From positions 3,292 through 67,291 of the forward strand of contig JAUXYG010000195.1 in assembly GCA_030694525.1 (NCBI GenBank): a DNA stretch of 64,000 nt. The letters run 5' to 3'. Under the pieces are notes generated by a model. That model saw only the letters and a list, made by a program, of their open reading frames with translations. It searched no databases and was not told the origin of the DNA. This document shows positions 41,216-51,703 of this stretch, piece after piece. Source of the stretch: Legionella sp. GTDB lineage: Bacteria > Pseudomonadota > Gammaproteobacteria > Legionellales > Legionellaceae. Numbering within the stretch: the first letter of the stretch is position 1; every line of letters begins with the position of its first letter. Both the position numbers and the translations under genes were made by a program.

Positions 41216-41410
41216 GTCTTTTTTCAAGATTTATAAATCGGGTGTTCCATATTCTTTACCATTCTTCTTTGTCAGTTTGAAGTATAAATTAATGGGACAT
41301 CAATATATTCATAATAAGAAAATCTTCATACTTTGCTTGCTCTCTGCAACCCTGTTGAAGTAGATAACCCTGGTTATGGTAACAATGGATGTAAAGAAGG
41401 AATTTAAAGA

Positions 41411-42825
41411 ATGAAAAATAAAAGCCTAGCCTTATTGGGTTTCACGTTAACTGCCGCAACTCTTGGTTGTTCTTCTGTATATGCAAAGAAAATTTATCCT
41501 GCCGAAATTATGGGAAGAGATTTACTTATTCCTGGACTTGGTTGGGCCGGACACGTTGGAATTGCTACTACTTACATGATGTCTCCTGCAGGGATGGGAA
41601 ATAACGCGGATCAAGTAATCGAGGTCCTTAATGAAAATCCAGTGGGGCAAGTTAACTCTATTTCTAATTTTAAATCCCGTTCAAAATATTGGGGAAGTAA
41701 ATACGGTGTCGCCGATAGAGGAGTAACAGGATATAATGTACTTGTCGAGGCAAATCACCAGCGTTGGTGGTGTCCTAAGTACACTAACGATACTAAATAT
41801 CATATTGGATCGGGAATTCCTACCACAGGTCAGGTAATTGAATGTGGAACCTGGAGATGTGATACCTACTCATGGTGGGCTTTTTATAGCCAAGGATTAG
41901 ATACAATGCCTGGGAGAGTATGGTTACCAGTAAACTTATTTAATTTTTTTCCTTATTTTAATGATGAACGATTCGCTATAAAACGTCTGAACAACAGCCA
42001 GAGAATTCAGGGAATAAATCTTTAGAAAATGTAACGGCTGAAGATCTCAATGAAATGCCATATGAGGAATTTCAAATGATAATGGACACTCCACCTGTTC
42101 ACTATGTAACATCACCATCAACTGTACAAATGCAATTTGCGTATAGTTCAGATTTAAATGACGTCAAACATGGAATTATGATTGACAGGCTTATTGCGGA
42201 TGATAATACACCCGATTTGGTTAAGGAATTATTAAATTTATACAAAGAAACGAATAGCATTGAAGTTCAAAATAAAATAGTTCAAGGCTTAATGCTCTAT
42301 AATCAAAGACATAGAAATGATAAGTCTTATATTAACAATGACCAACCTTTATTAAAGAGTTTCTTTTATGAATTAATAGATTCCAAATCCTTAAATCAAA
42401 AAATGGCTGATGACGCCACTAGAGGTTTTATAGATACCCATTCCTCTGAGGAAATAATGGCTAACAAAGATAAAATAGATAAATGGTTGCCAATTACTGG
42501 TCATTATTCATCTATCATGTTGAAGTACGCATTAGTTCATAAGTCCAAAGATCTACAACTTATTTACATAAAATCAATTATAAATGAGCTTCGAAAAGCT
42601 AATAATTCTGATTTGGATAGCTATTTGTTTGGGCCATTATCAATGGGGTATCAAGGAAGCGGTAAAAATTTTCTTGAGCCGGAATCGAAACAAATGGTTG
42701 CAGATTACTTAAAAGAGGTGCGGTATAAATACACAGATCAAGGAATAAAGTCTAATCCTAATGATATGCATCGACGTAGTACCGCTCCATATTATTTTGA
42801 GCTGCTTAAAAATATGGAAATCTAA
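41411..42825 (+). pseudogene. secreted protein split into two ORFs (41411-42025 and 42055-42825) by an apparent frameshift
   Basis: Signal peptide on ORF1; ORF2 frame is open from 41968, overlapping the end of ORF1, and has no obvious RBS at 42055; GHVGI and RCDTY motifs. Confidence 0.6.
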
Positions 42826-42840
42826 ACTATGTACTTATTT

Positions 42841-42859
42841 GCGCCAGACGAGCTGGCGC
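42841..42859 (+). terminator. hairpin, possible terminator
   Basis: GCGCCAG-ACGAG-CTGGCGC 15 nt after the 42825 stop; no strong U-tract. Confidence 0.45.
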
Positions 42860-43155
42860 TATTAGCTAAATCCTAATGTAATCACGGAATATATGACCAG
42901 CATCCTGATCAAGTCATACAAGCGAAGCTGCATAAGTTTATTTACAGAGTACGCCATCAAGTAATACAAGAATTAAAAAGCAAGACAAAAAATCATTATT
43001 AATTGAATAATTAATAAGCTTTAATATTTAGATTCTATTTCAACTATAAAAGTAAATCATGGTGATTGCATGGTGTAATTCGTAACACGATAAATTAATA
43101 GACATGGATGCATTGCTTTAATTTATAATGGCATACCCTTAATAGGTTATAGGAC

Positions 43156-43409
43156 ATGGACGAAAATATTATTAATAATATTAATACCTATTTATTGGAT
43201 TTAATACCTATTTATTGGATGGATTTGAAAAAGATTTCTTTAAAGGGGCCATAAAAAATCTTGATATTCTTAGTCGATTAAGGAAAAGTAACTTCTCATA
43301 TGCTATTCGCGAATTAACAAGAGAAGTTCTCACAAGAATGAGTCGAGATGAAAAGGTAATATCGTCAAGATGGTTTCAGCCACATTATTCTGAGCTTGTC
43401 TTGAATTGA
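43156..43409 (+). pseudogene. truncated gene fragment broken by a 20-bp tandem duplication (possibly pPIWI-associated nuclease-like)
   Basis: TTAATACCTATTTATTGGAT at 43181-43200 and 43201-43220; removing one copy restores MDENIINNINTYLLDGFEKDFFKGAIKNL...SNFSYAIRELTR. Confidence 0.65.
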
Positions 43410-43463
43410 TGAACACCTCTTAAAGAGAGTACAGATCTTAATCTGAGGTTTCTATCAATTCAA
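43401..43463. repeat. 63-bp element with imperfect terminal inverted repeats
   Basis: TTGAATTGATGAACACCTC ... GAGGTTTCTATCAATTCAA. Confidence 0.55.
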
Positions 43464-43504
43464 GTAACATCAAATGACTTAGACTGAGTTGAATGTACTT
43501 ACCT

Positions 43505-44983
43505 TTAACACTTCGAACTTGGAGTATTGTTTCCTAAAGCGGACTGAACGTCATGCTTATTCAGCAATGATATAATTCTTTCTTTAGTCAAATAATCTGC
43601 TGTATTATTTGAATTAATCCAGTCTAAAGCGGTATAACCGTTTTTTGATTGACCATCCACCTGAATATTTAAACTAGTGCGATACTTTAAAATGATTTTT
43701 ACAAAATCAAGCTGTGCGACCGCTGATGCTTTACGTAAAGCCAGGCCATAATCTTTAGCTTTGATTGCATCGAAAAAACTTGAGTAGACTTCTTTATTCT
43801 TACAAACTTGTTCCAACTCCAGTACGAGTTTAGAATGGAAGTCTGAATTAAAAAGACTGTTACCAACTAAGGGTGGGATTTTGTTTTGAGAAGACTCTGA
43901 AGAATTAGTCATTTTTTCTAAATATACCGCGAGAAGACAATATGATTCTTGTTTTATTGGGCGTTTTAAAATTTCGTTAGTCGCAGTATTAAAAAGATAA
44001 CTCGTACACTTAAACCCATGCTGTTCAAAAATTATAGGCGCTGTTTCTTCGTCTAATAAATTCAAAACCTGATGGAAACGATTAATTGTAAAGATATGTA
44101 GCGGATTTTGCTCCTTGATTTGATTGAAGGTATCTTCTTGTGGGTATCCTTGTTGGGGTCCTAAATAACCTTTACCGTATCCATTGGTTTGATAGGGTAT
44201 AGAATATTGAGCCATCTGCTCTTCATTAAAGACAGAAACTACTGCTTTTTTTACTATTTTATCAAGGGTACGATCAGTAAGCGTTGCACCGTTAATAGCT
44301 AAAAAGCCAGGGGATTTTAACCCTTTATTCTTTGCTTCGTTGTATGCACTTAAAATGACTTGCTCTTCATCCAAGGATTGGAAAGTGTAATATGTATTGG
44401 CCTCGACGAAAACTTTTCCACCAGGCTTAAGCACATGTTGTAGAATGGATTTCAATCTAATAATGTCCTTAGGTGTTAAAAAATGAAGGACTTGAGACAT
44501 CCAAATAAAATCATATTTTTCCTTAAATTCTCCGCACTCCAGTCGATCCAGAGCGTTTTCAGGATAAACGTGCAAAATTTCATCTAACTCGTCCTCTTCC
44601 CAAAAATAAGGATTAACTTGTTTTATTCTTTTTAAAAGTTCTTCTGCACTGGGTTTTTGTATTTCAAAAGCATCTACATGTGCACCTGCGACTAAAAGTT
44701 TCCAAGTCATCGTGCCTAGGCCTGCTCCAATGTCCGCAACTAAAGGCCTTACTCCGAACTGACTAAAATGCTCTCTTATTTCTTTCAGACAATTTTCTCT
44801 GACACAATTTAGTCCAGGGAAAGTGCACCCGTAATCTATTGAAGATTCGGGATCTTTTATTACTCGCTCGCGTCGTTCATTAACTATTTTATTTCGAACC
44901 GCATCTTTTAAAAACTCTCTGCTTTTTGCGGAGAGCCATTTATTTATGTTGAGATCTTGTTTTGATTGCATAATTGGGCCCAC
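43505..44983 (-). CDS. class I SAM methyltransferase with C-terminal ankyrin-like repeats; effector candidate
   Basis: VADIGAGLG, VDAFEI, YDFIWMSQVLHFL; ALRKASAVAQLDFVKIIL...SKNGYTALDW. Confidence 0.78.
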   Translation of the reverse strand: MGPIMQSKQDLNINKWLSAKSREFLKDAVRNKIVNERRERVIKDPESSIDYGCTFPGLNCVRENCLKEIREHFSQFGVRPLVADIGAGLGTMTWKLLVAGAHVDAFEIQKPSAEELLKRIKQVNPYFWEEDELDEILHVYPENALDRLECGEFKEKYDFIWMSQVLHFLTPKDIIRLKSILQHVLKPGGKVFVEANTYYTFQSLDEEQVILSAYNEAKNKGLKSPGFLAINGATLTDRTLDKIVKKAVVSVFNEEQMAQYSIPYQTNGYGKGYLGPQQGYPQEDTFNQIKEQNPLHIFTINRFHQVLNLLDEETAPIIFEQHGFKCTSYLFNTATNEILKRPIKQESYCLLAVYLEKMTNSSESSQNKIPPLVGNSLFNSDFHSKLVLELEQVCKNKEVYSSFFDAIKAKDYGLALRKASAVAQLDFVKIILKYRTSLNIQVDGQSKNGYTALDWINSNNTADYLTKERIISLLNKHDVQSALGNNTPSSKC

Positions 44984-45628
44984 AGCTAGTGAATTAAAGG
45001 AGATAGCTACTTGAATGAATAACTCAAATTACTTGTAGTTCTCGCTTATTATCATCGAAGGTTAAATTGGGCTTAATTTTAACATGATGATCTTATTTTG
45101 CAACCATTGAGCTTTTTTAAATATTCCGCAACTTTCAAATATCAATTTTAAACATCTAAAATAAGAATTTGAGATTTTTATCAGTTAATTATCTCATAAG
45201 AAATATTCAGAAATTAAATTAGAATAATTTACCAGATTAATTACCGATTTTAGCTAATAACAGAGCAAAAATTTAGATTGGCTTAAAAACTAAGGAAAAT
45301 CCCCATTTTATTTACTTTCTGAGTATTTTTAAACCCTATAAAATGGACATTTAGGGCTATAGGAAAAATCTGTGGTTCTCATTATATAAAGAAGATAGGG
45401 AAGGTTAATGTCAGAAAAACATAAATATTTTTTTAATTTTATAAAATAAATATTTGGGACTCAACGAATATTTTTTCAAATATATGAGATCTGCATTCTT
45501 ATCTTTTATCCTAATGATTTTAATGATATATTTTCCAGGTTATTTAATCCACGCAGGTAAAAACCAAAGTTTGTACACTCATAAATAAAGCTAAATCAGG
45601 CATTTTGTGCCTGCTAAAAATTACATTA

Positions 45629-45648
45629 CTTAATACTCCGTTAATAAT
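45629..45648 (+). promoter_or_regulatory. PmrA-box-like tandem repeat upstream of csrA
   Basis: cTTAATacT-cc-gTTAATaaT matches the Legionella PmrA consensus cTTAATatT-N2-cTTAATatT. Confidence 0.7.
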
Positions 45649-45773
45649 CAGGGTGTAAAATATGAGTCAAGCGATAAGCTTTGTTTAATTTTTGGTCATT
45701 TTGTAGCTGCTCAGAACACCATGGACGCGTTCTATGGAATTATAGGCGGCTGCTTCGTTAGGGAGATTTAGTC

Positions 45774-45968
45774 ATGTTAATTTTGACTCGGCGTATAGGC
45801 GAGACGCTTATTATTGGTGATGATGTTAATATTACCGTTTTAGGTGTTAAAGGTAATCAGGTTCGTTTAGGTATTAATGCACCAAAAGATGTTTCAGTTC
45901 ATCGTGAAGAGATTTATTTGCGCATTCAGCAAGAAAAAGAGTCTGATGATACAGAGCAGGCCCAATAA
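45774..45968 (+). CDS. csrA: carbon storage regulator
   Basis: [18 protein letters not shown]...[22 protein letters not shown]. Confidence 0.98.
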   Translation: MLILTRRIGETLIIGDDVNITVLGVKGNQVRLGINAPKDVSVHREEIYLRIQQEKESDDTEQAQ

Positions 45969-45990
45969 ATAAATTCTCGCAGTTCATCCA

Positions 45991-46019
45991 GTTCCGAGCA
46001 CGTAAAAATGCTCGGGACG
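45991..46019 (-). repeat. CGTC-tagged REP-like palindrome / bidirectional terminator
   Basis: CCGAGCA-CGTAAAAA-TGCTCGG stem followed by GACG (CGTC on the minus strand), between convergent csrA and birA. Confidence 0.55.
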
Positions 46020-46024
46020 AACTC

Positions 46025-47017
46025 TCAAAAATCCTTTCTTTCCTTTTTCAACGAAGTATCTCCAGATGACAATAAATGGTTTACTCCTTCAGAATCTTCG
46101 ATTATCAATTGACCTTGTGAATTAATTCCATGGGCAATACCGGTAAATGTGTTCAAAGTTTGAGTCACTGTAATTGATTTTCCCTGTAAATAATCAGAAC
46201 GATTCCATTCCTCGACAAATGGATCAAGCCCTTGACTAATAAAGCGAGTGATATACTCTTCAAGATTAATAATGAGACGGGGTATAATTAAATTACGATT
46301 ATATAAGCTATTAGAAATTCCATACATCGATCCCCATAAGGTATCCTTTAAATGATCGATTTTAGGATCAGAATTAACATTCAATCCAATACCAACAATA
46401 ACTTGTGCAGTGCTGTTTGATTCAGCAACGACCTCAATCAAGCTACCGCATATTTTTTTATCACCCCATAAAATATCATTAGGCCACTTTACTTTAATAT
46501 CTGCCGTAACAATGAATTCTTTTAGCGTGGTTAAAACAGCCAGACTGGTGATTAGGCTTAAGCCTGATAGCCGGGACAAATCACAGTTGAAATTCCATTT
46601 AGCTGATACATAAATATTTTCACCGAAGGGTGAATACCAATGACGCCCAAATCTGCCTCTTCCTTGTGTTTGTGATTCGGCGCAACATATTTCAAGTCTG
46701 TCGCTTACCGGCAAATCTTTTAAAAAGCGGTTCGTTGAATCGATTGAGGGGTAGAGATGAATGGTATAGGGTGTCTTGAGTCCATATAGTTCTTCAGCTA
46801 TTTTTTGCCTATCCAATAGGATAATAGGCTTAATTAATTGATATCCTTTATGAGGAATCCGGTTTATTGGAATACCGATTGATATTAACTGATTTATTTG
46901 TTTCCAAACGGCAGATCGAGAAATACCTAAAGCTAAACCTAGCTCGCTACCACTATGACAGTGAGCATCACTTAATATATTCAGAAGAGCTGAATTGGAA
47001 TCATTGAATTTCACCAT
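46025..47017 (-). CDS. birA: biotin--acetyl-CoA-carboxylase ligase / biotin repressor
   Basis: HSGSELGLALGISRSAVWKQI HTH, IDSTN, QTQGRGRFGRHW, KWPNDI, KKICG. Confidence 0.95.
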   Translation of the reverse strand: MVKFNDSNSALLNILSDAHCHSGSELGLALGISRSAVWKQINQLISIGIPINRIPHKGYQLIKPIILLDRQKIAEELYGLKTPYTIHLYPSIDSTNRFLKDLPVSDRLEICCAESQTQGRGRFGRHWYSPFGENIYVSAKWNFNCDLSRLSGLSLITSLAVLTTLKEFIVTADIKVKWPNDILWGDKKICGSLIEVVAESNSTAQVIVGIGLNVNSDPKIDHLKDTLWGSMYGISNSLYNRNLIIPRLIINLEEYITRFISQGLDPFVEEWNRSDYLQGKSITVTQTLNTFTGIAHGINSQGQLIIEDSEGVNHLLSSGDTSLKKERKDF

Positions 47018-47021
47018 ACCT

Positions 47022-47759
47022 TTAAAATCTCAAACTGGCATTTTGATGCAGCTGAATTACCCCATGGCGAATTTCTCTGATGGTGGGATGATAACAGAGC
47101 GCTCCACTACATCCTATTTGAGGCATAAAAGATCTTAATTGCCAGGTTGTATTGTGCAAGGGATCATCGACTAATTGTTTCGTAGAAAAGGTAGTTGGCA
47201 CGTTAAATTCTTTAGTAGGGTAAGAAAGACCTAAGCCGCTTGCCTTGATAAAGGCTTCTTTTTGCGCCCATACATGGAAAAACAAAGCGGGTTTAAGAGA
47301 GGGGGGGGCTTTAATAAAATCGTGAAGCTCTTGCTCAGAGAATAAAGTTTTAGCAATCCCCTCATAGGATCGAGCCGAATAGAGTTCAATATCAACTCCC
47401 ATTGGATATTCTTTACCTATTGCCAGCAAGGCAAGATCTCCAGTATGACTGATATTAAATTGTAGTTTTTGCGAATTGACGACAAAAGGCTTTCCTTTGG
47501 AATTATAGGTAAACTCAAGACGTTCTGGAGCGGTATTAAGATAGCGTGCTAAAATTATTCTTAAAGTCGCTCTTGCAGTTGTGAAGCGTCGTTTATGTTT
47601 TTGAAAATAAAAACGTTCGCCTCTCGCACGCTCATCTGAGTTTAAAAGCTGATCGGCAACATGCAGCTGATGTTCCAGTGAAAACTGCCACAAATCAATC
47701 CTTGACTCGTTTAAAATGCAGTTTTGGGTATTTAATGGGGTAAATCCTGTAATTGTCAT
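47022..47759 (-). CDS. Sfp-type 4'-phosphopantetheinyl transferase
   Basis: GKP, FNISHT, GVDIE, WAQKEAFIKASGLGL. Confidence 0.93.
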   Translation of the reverse strand: MTITGFTPLNTQNCILNESRIDLWQFSLEHQLHVADQLLNSDERARGERFYFQKHKRRFTTARATLRIILARYLNTAPERLEFTYNSKGKPFVVNSQKLQFNISHTGDLALLAIGKEYPMGVDIELYSARSYEGIAKTLFSEQELHDFIKAPPSLKPALFFHVWAQKEAFIKASGLGLSYPTKEFNVPTTFSTKQLVDDPLHNTTWQLRSFMPQIGCSGALCYHPTIREIRHGVIQLHQNASLRF

Positions 47760-47839
47760 ATGGGGCGCTTTGAATCTGGCATCAATTAACGGTTAAGAGT
47801 ATCATATACCATGATATTTAATTCACCAAAGAGTAATCA

Positions 47840-48793
47840 ATGAGCCGACAAGTTTTGGATTTTGAGCAACCCATAGAAGAGTTGAATCAAAAGATTGAAG
47901 CACTTCGTATGGTTGGTAGTGATAACGAAGTAAATTTAAGTGAAGAAATAGCGCGTCTTGAGGCGAAATGCTCTGAATTGACTGCTTCTGTATTCTCCAA
48001 CTTAGAGCCTTGGCAGATAGCACAAATGGCAAGGCATCCGCTTCGACCTCAAACAACTGATTATATAGAGCGAATATTCACCGATTTTCAGGAATTACAC
48101 GGTGATCGCAGTCATTCTTCTGCTCCAGCAATAATCGGTGGATTGGCACGCTTAAATGATGAGCCTGTCATGGTTATTGGTCATCAAAAAGGAAAAAGAA
48201 CCAAAGAGAAAGTGTATCGAAATTTTGGTATGGCGCGTCCGGAAGAATATCGGAAAGCCTTGCGATTAATGCGCATGGCAGAAAAATTCAAATTGCCTGT
48301 TTTTACTTTTATTGATACCGCTGGGGCTTATCCAGGAATTGGTGCTGAAGAAAGAAATCAATCAGAAGCCATTGCGCGTAATTTATTTGCGATGGCCCGA
48401 ATGCAAACGCCGATTATTTGTACGGTAACCGGTGAAGCAGGATCTGGTGGTGCTTTGGCGATAGGGGTTGGGGACAGAGTTTTGATGTTGCAATTTGGGA
48501 TATACTCGGTTATTTCTCCTGAAGGTTGCGCCTCTATATTATGGAAGGATGCTGCCAAGGCAAGCGAGGCGGCTCGTGCCATGGGAATTACTGCAGATAA
48601 AATATATGAAAATCAATTAGTGGATATGGTTGTTCCGGAGCCTTTAGGTGGAGCGCATCGGGATGTGGATGAAATGGCAAATCGATTAAAAACAATCCTC
48701 GCTAATGAACTTCATTCATTAAAAAAAATACCCCTTGATCAGCTCATTGAACATCGCTACCAGAAGTTTATGGCTATGGGTGCATGTGACTAA
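47840..48793 (+). CDS. accA: acetyl-CoA carboxylase carboxyltransferase alpha subunit
   Basis: [56 protein letters not shown]. Confidence 0.97.
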   Translation: MSRQVLDFEQPIEELNQKIEALRMVGSDNEVNLSEEIARLEAKCSELTASVFSNLEPWQIAQMARHPLRPQTTDYIERIFTDFQELHGDRSHSSAPAIIGGLARLNDEPVMVIGHQKGKRTKEKVYRNFGMARPEEYRKALRLMRMAEKFKLPVFTFIDTAGAYPGIGAEERNQSEAIARNLFAMARMQTPIICTVTGEAGSGGALAIGVGDRVLMLQFGIYSVISPEGCASILWKDAAKASEAARAMGITADKIYENQLVDMVVPEPLGGAHRDVDEMANRLKTILANELHSLKKIPLDQLIEHRYQKFMAMGACD

Positions 48794-50084
48794 AGAACTA
48801 GTTGATGCGATCTGGATTGCCAATCTGGATAAGTATAATCAAATAATAGTAGGGTTTAGTGGCGGGCTGGACTCTACTGTTTTATTACATGCTCTGGCTG
48901 CCACATGTCTCAAAAAGAAAATTCTAGCTGTTCATATCAATCATGGGATAAGCCCTAATGCTCATATTTGGCAACAGCATTGTGAACAATTTTGTATAGA
49001 GGAAGGGGTTCGTTTTCTGGCTCAAGAGGTTCAATTTAATCGCAGCTCTAACATTGAAGAGGGTGCGCGATTAGCTCGTCATGCTGTTTTTTCTTCTTTA
49101 TTGCATACAACAGATTGTGTGGTTTTAGCCCATCATCGTGACGATCAGGCAGAAACAGTTTTATTACAGCTGTTCCGTGGTGCAGGTATTGATGGATTGG
49201 CTGCAATGCCTGAACAAAGCACGCTTGAACCAGGGGTTCTTTTGAGGCCATTCCTTATTCATTCGCGTAAAGTTTTGGAACAGTATGCACTAAAACATCA
49301 ATTAAAATGGGTCGAAGACGAAAGTAATAACCAACTTGATTATTCGCGTAATTATTTGCGTCATCAGATTATTCCATTAATTCTAAATCAATGGCCAGGC
49401 GCAAAGAGCAGCATTACGAGAACAGCAGTGCATTGCCAACAGGCTAGAAGGAATCTGGACGCATTAGCTCAGCAGGATCTTAAGGAATTAACCACTGCGG
49501 AGAATAATTTAAATCTATTGCCTTTAGTCTCATTAAATGAGGATAGAATAATAAATATTCTGCGGCTATGGCTGAGGGTACGTAAAGTAAAATTACCTTC
49601 AACCAAAACCTTGCAACGAATTATTCATGAAATGATACATGCCAGTCAGGACGCACAACCAATAGTAAGTTGGGGGAGTATCAGGATTCGCCGACATAAA
49701 CAACACCTTTACATTGAAAAAATGCAGCCTTCAGACCTTTTGGAATCTATCGTTTGGCAAAATTTTCCCGCACCTCTTATTCTAGATAATTCTAGGACTC
49801 TAACCGCTAAAAAGGGTAAGGAAGGGCTTAATATCCCTCCAGGGGCGATTATTGAAATCCGCTTTCGTACGGGTGGTGAGCGCATTACTTTGCATGGACA
49901 AAATAAAAAATTAAAGAAATTGTTTCAGGAATGGGATATTCCAACCTGGTTGCGAGACAAAGTTCCCTTGATATACCTCGATAATCGATTAGCTGCTGTA
50001 GGAGGTTTTGCTGCCAGTGATTGTTTTTTTACAAAAGATTCATCCACCGCGTGGATAATATCTGTATTAAATCCAGAAATATAA
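48786..50084 (+). CDS. tilS: tRNA(Ile)-lysidine synthase
   Basis: [32 protein letters not shown]...RNYLR; GTG 48786 overlaps the accA stop (ORF track starts at 48735). Confidence 0.95.
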   Translation: MTKELVDAIWIANLDKYNQIIVGFSGGLDSTVLLHALAATCLKKKILAVHINHGISPNAHIWQQHCEQFCIEEGVRFLAQEVQFNRSSNIEEGARLARHAVFSSLLHTTDCVVLAHHRDDQAETVLLQLFRGAGIDGLAAMPEQSTLEPGVLLRPFLIHSRKVLEQYALKHQLKWVEDESNNQLDYSRNYLRHQIIPLILNQWPGAKSSITRTAVHCQQARRNLDALAQQDLKELTTAENNLNLLPLVSLNEDRIINILRLWLRVRKVKLPSTKTLQRIIHEMIHASQDAQPIVSWGSIRIRRHKQHLYIEKMQPSDLLESIVWQNFPAPLILDNSRTLTAKKGKEGLNIPPGAIIEIRFRTGGERITLHGQNKKLKKLFQEWDIPTWLRDKVPLIYLDNRLAAVGGFAASDCFFTKDSSTAWIISVLNPEI

Positions 50085-50172
50085 GCGCTATTTTTAATAC
50101 ACTAAGCATTTAAAAAACCTTACTATTAAATTATGTGTTAAAATAAGGCCATTTGATTTTATTGGAACTATT

Positions 50173-51642
50173 ATGGGCAAGATACATCTTATATGTAACG
50201 AAATTAGAACAGCAGAGCTTAATAAAATTCAGGGCTTTGTTGATGTGTATAAAGCAGTGTCTGATTTAATTAAAACTCTGGAATGCGAATTACATCCAGC
50301 AGGACTACCCTCAAATACCATCAATGAATTAAAAAAATTAGTAAGACCCTATGAAAAAATATATTTGCTGGTAGGGGACAGCCAGGATGAGTATGTAAAA
50401 GAGCTGGGCTTAAATTTTACTGAACAAGATGATAGTGATGAAATCGCTAAAAAATTAGCTAATTTCGTATCTCACCCTATCTTCTATCAGACGCGTAATG
50501 CAGCGGCGGCCGCATGTGGCAGTTATGTAACATTATCTAAATTATATCGCAGCATTATGGCAAAATTTAATTGCTTTGAACTTATCAATACCTTTGAAGC
50601 GAGTCAAATTAAATGTGTTCAGTTATTTTCTCAATTTGGACTTTTAGGAAAGACCTTAAAAGATGAAGTGGACAATGTTGAAATCCAAGAGGCAGACAAA
50701 TTAACGGCTGTGACGCATTCAATAAGTTCAATTTGGGAATTGGGTCTTGAATATGCGAATTTATTGTTAAGCAATGTAGATAACTCTGATAAGTCAATCG
50801 ATTTTGTAGCTAATAATGTGATTCCGGAGCTTGATTTTAATTTAAAAGAGTATAATGAGAAAATTTCAAAAGTTGAAGAAGAGCTTAATCGAATTAGATT
50901 AATGGGTAACTTGGATCAAGCGTTCGAAGTTCGTGAAAAATTATTAGCCAATAATAATATACTTGATCAGAACTCAATTTCGGAATGGATTCATGCATAT
51001 CCTGATAGTCAGTTAAATTCTAATGATTTTAATTTCTTAAAAGATAATGTTATCTTATTAAGAGAGTTCGAAAGCCTTGAAACGGATCTTGAAAATAATA
51101 AGAAATTAATAAATGAAAAAAGTGCTCAGTTACATCAATTCAAAATTATTCATAAACAACTTGAGGACTCCTGTAGAAAATTCGATCCTAAAATCACTAA
51201 TTGCTTAGCTAATCTTAATAAAGAGCAAGACAAGTTTAGAGAATATGTAAAAAATAATTATGATTTTAAAACGAATAAGTTAAAATCGAAGGCCGAATAT
51301 ATCCCCTCAGTGCTGGTTATTTCTCAGCCAGAACCCATTATATTAACTCCTCCAGTGGATATTCAGAGTCCTAAGATAAAGAAATTGAAACTTAGAGCGT
51401 TTAGTTTCACGACAAAAGTAAAGCAGCAGAAACAAGAGAAATTTCCTAAAGTAGATTCAGATGACATCGCTGAATCAACTACCCGCCGACAATCTTTTTT
51501 TTCGCCTGGAGTAAAAAAAGGGTCCAAGAGTCAATCTGCACCATCTTCTCCGCAAACTCCGAAGAGTAATATTCAAAGAAAAATAGAGGAATTAGAGGCA
51601 TGCGGGGGAATAAAATTTACAAAACCTGCAACCCACAAATGA
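50173..51642 (+). CDS. coiled-coil hypothetical protein, effector candidate
   Basis: Helical/coiled-coil composition; S/P/K-rich low-complexity tail; no bacterial family motif recognised. Confidence 0.6.
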   Translation: MGKIHLICNEIRTAELNKIQGFVDVYKAVSDLIKTLECELHPAGLPSNTINELKKLVRPYEKIYLLVGDSQDEYVKELGLNFTEQDDSDEIAKKLANFVSHPIFYQTRNAAAAACGSYVTLSKLYRSIMAKFNCFELINTFEASQIKCVQLFSQFGLLGKTLKDEVDNVEIQEADKLTAVTHSISSIWELGLEYANLLLSNVDNSDKSIDFVANNVIPELDFNLKEYNEKISKVEEELNRIRLMGNLDQAFEVREKLLANNNILDQNSISEWIHAYPDSQLNSNDFNFLKDNVILLREFESLETDLENNKKLINEKSAQLHQFKIIHKQLEDSCRKFDPKITNCLANLNKEQDKFREYVKNNYDFKTNKLKSKAEYIPSVLVISQPEPIILTPPVDIQSPKIKKLKLRAFSFTTKVKQQKQEKFPKVDSDDIAESTTRRQSFFSPGVKKGSKSQSAPSSPQTPKSNIQRKIEELEACGGIKFTKPATHK

Positions 51643-51659
51643 TAGTTAAGAGAATTCGA

Positions 51660-51691
51660 GTGCTCGCTTTTCAATTTGAAAAGCAGAGCAC
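51660..51691. terminator. bidirectional hairpin terminator
   Basis: GTGCTC-GCTTTTCA-ATT-TGAAAAGC-A-GAGCAC between convergent genes. Confidence 0.65.
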
Positions 51692-51703
51692 AAGTTATGG
51701 GTA

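Noticed and set aside
45969-46024. tRNA downstream of csrA as in enterobacteria
   Set aside because: Only 56 bp are available, holding a single hairpin; no cloverleaf or T-loop motif
47022-47759. PPTase as part of the NRPS cluster
   Set aside because: Lies in the core birA-accA block 14 kb away; it probably activates the NRPS and ACP but is not co-acquired
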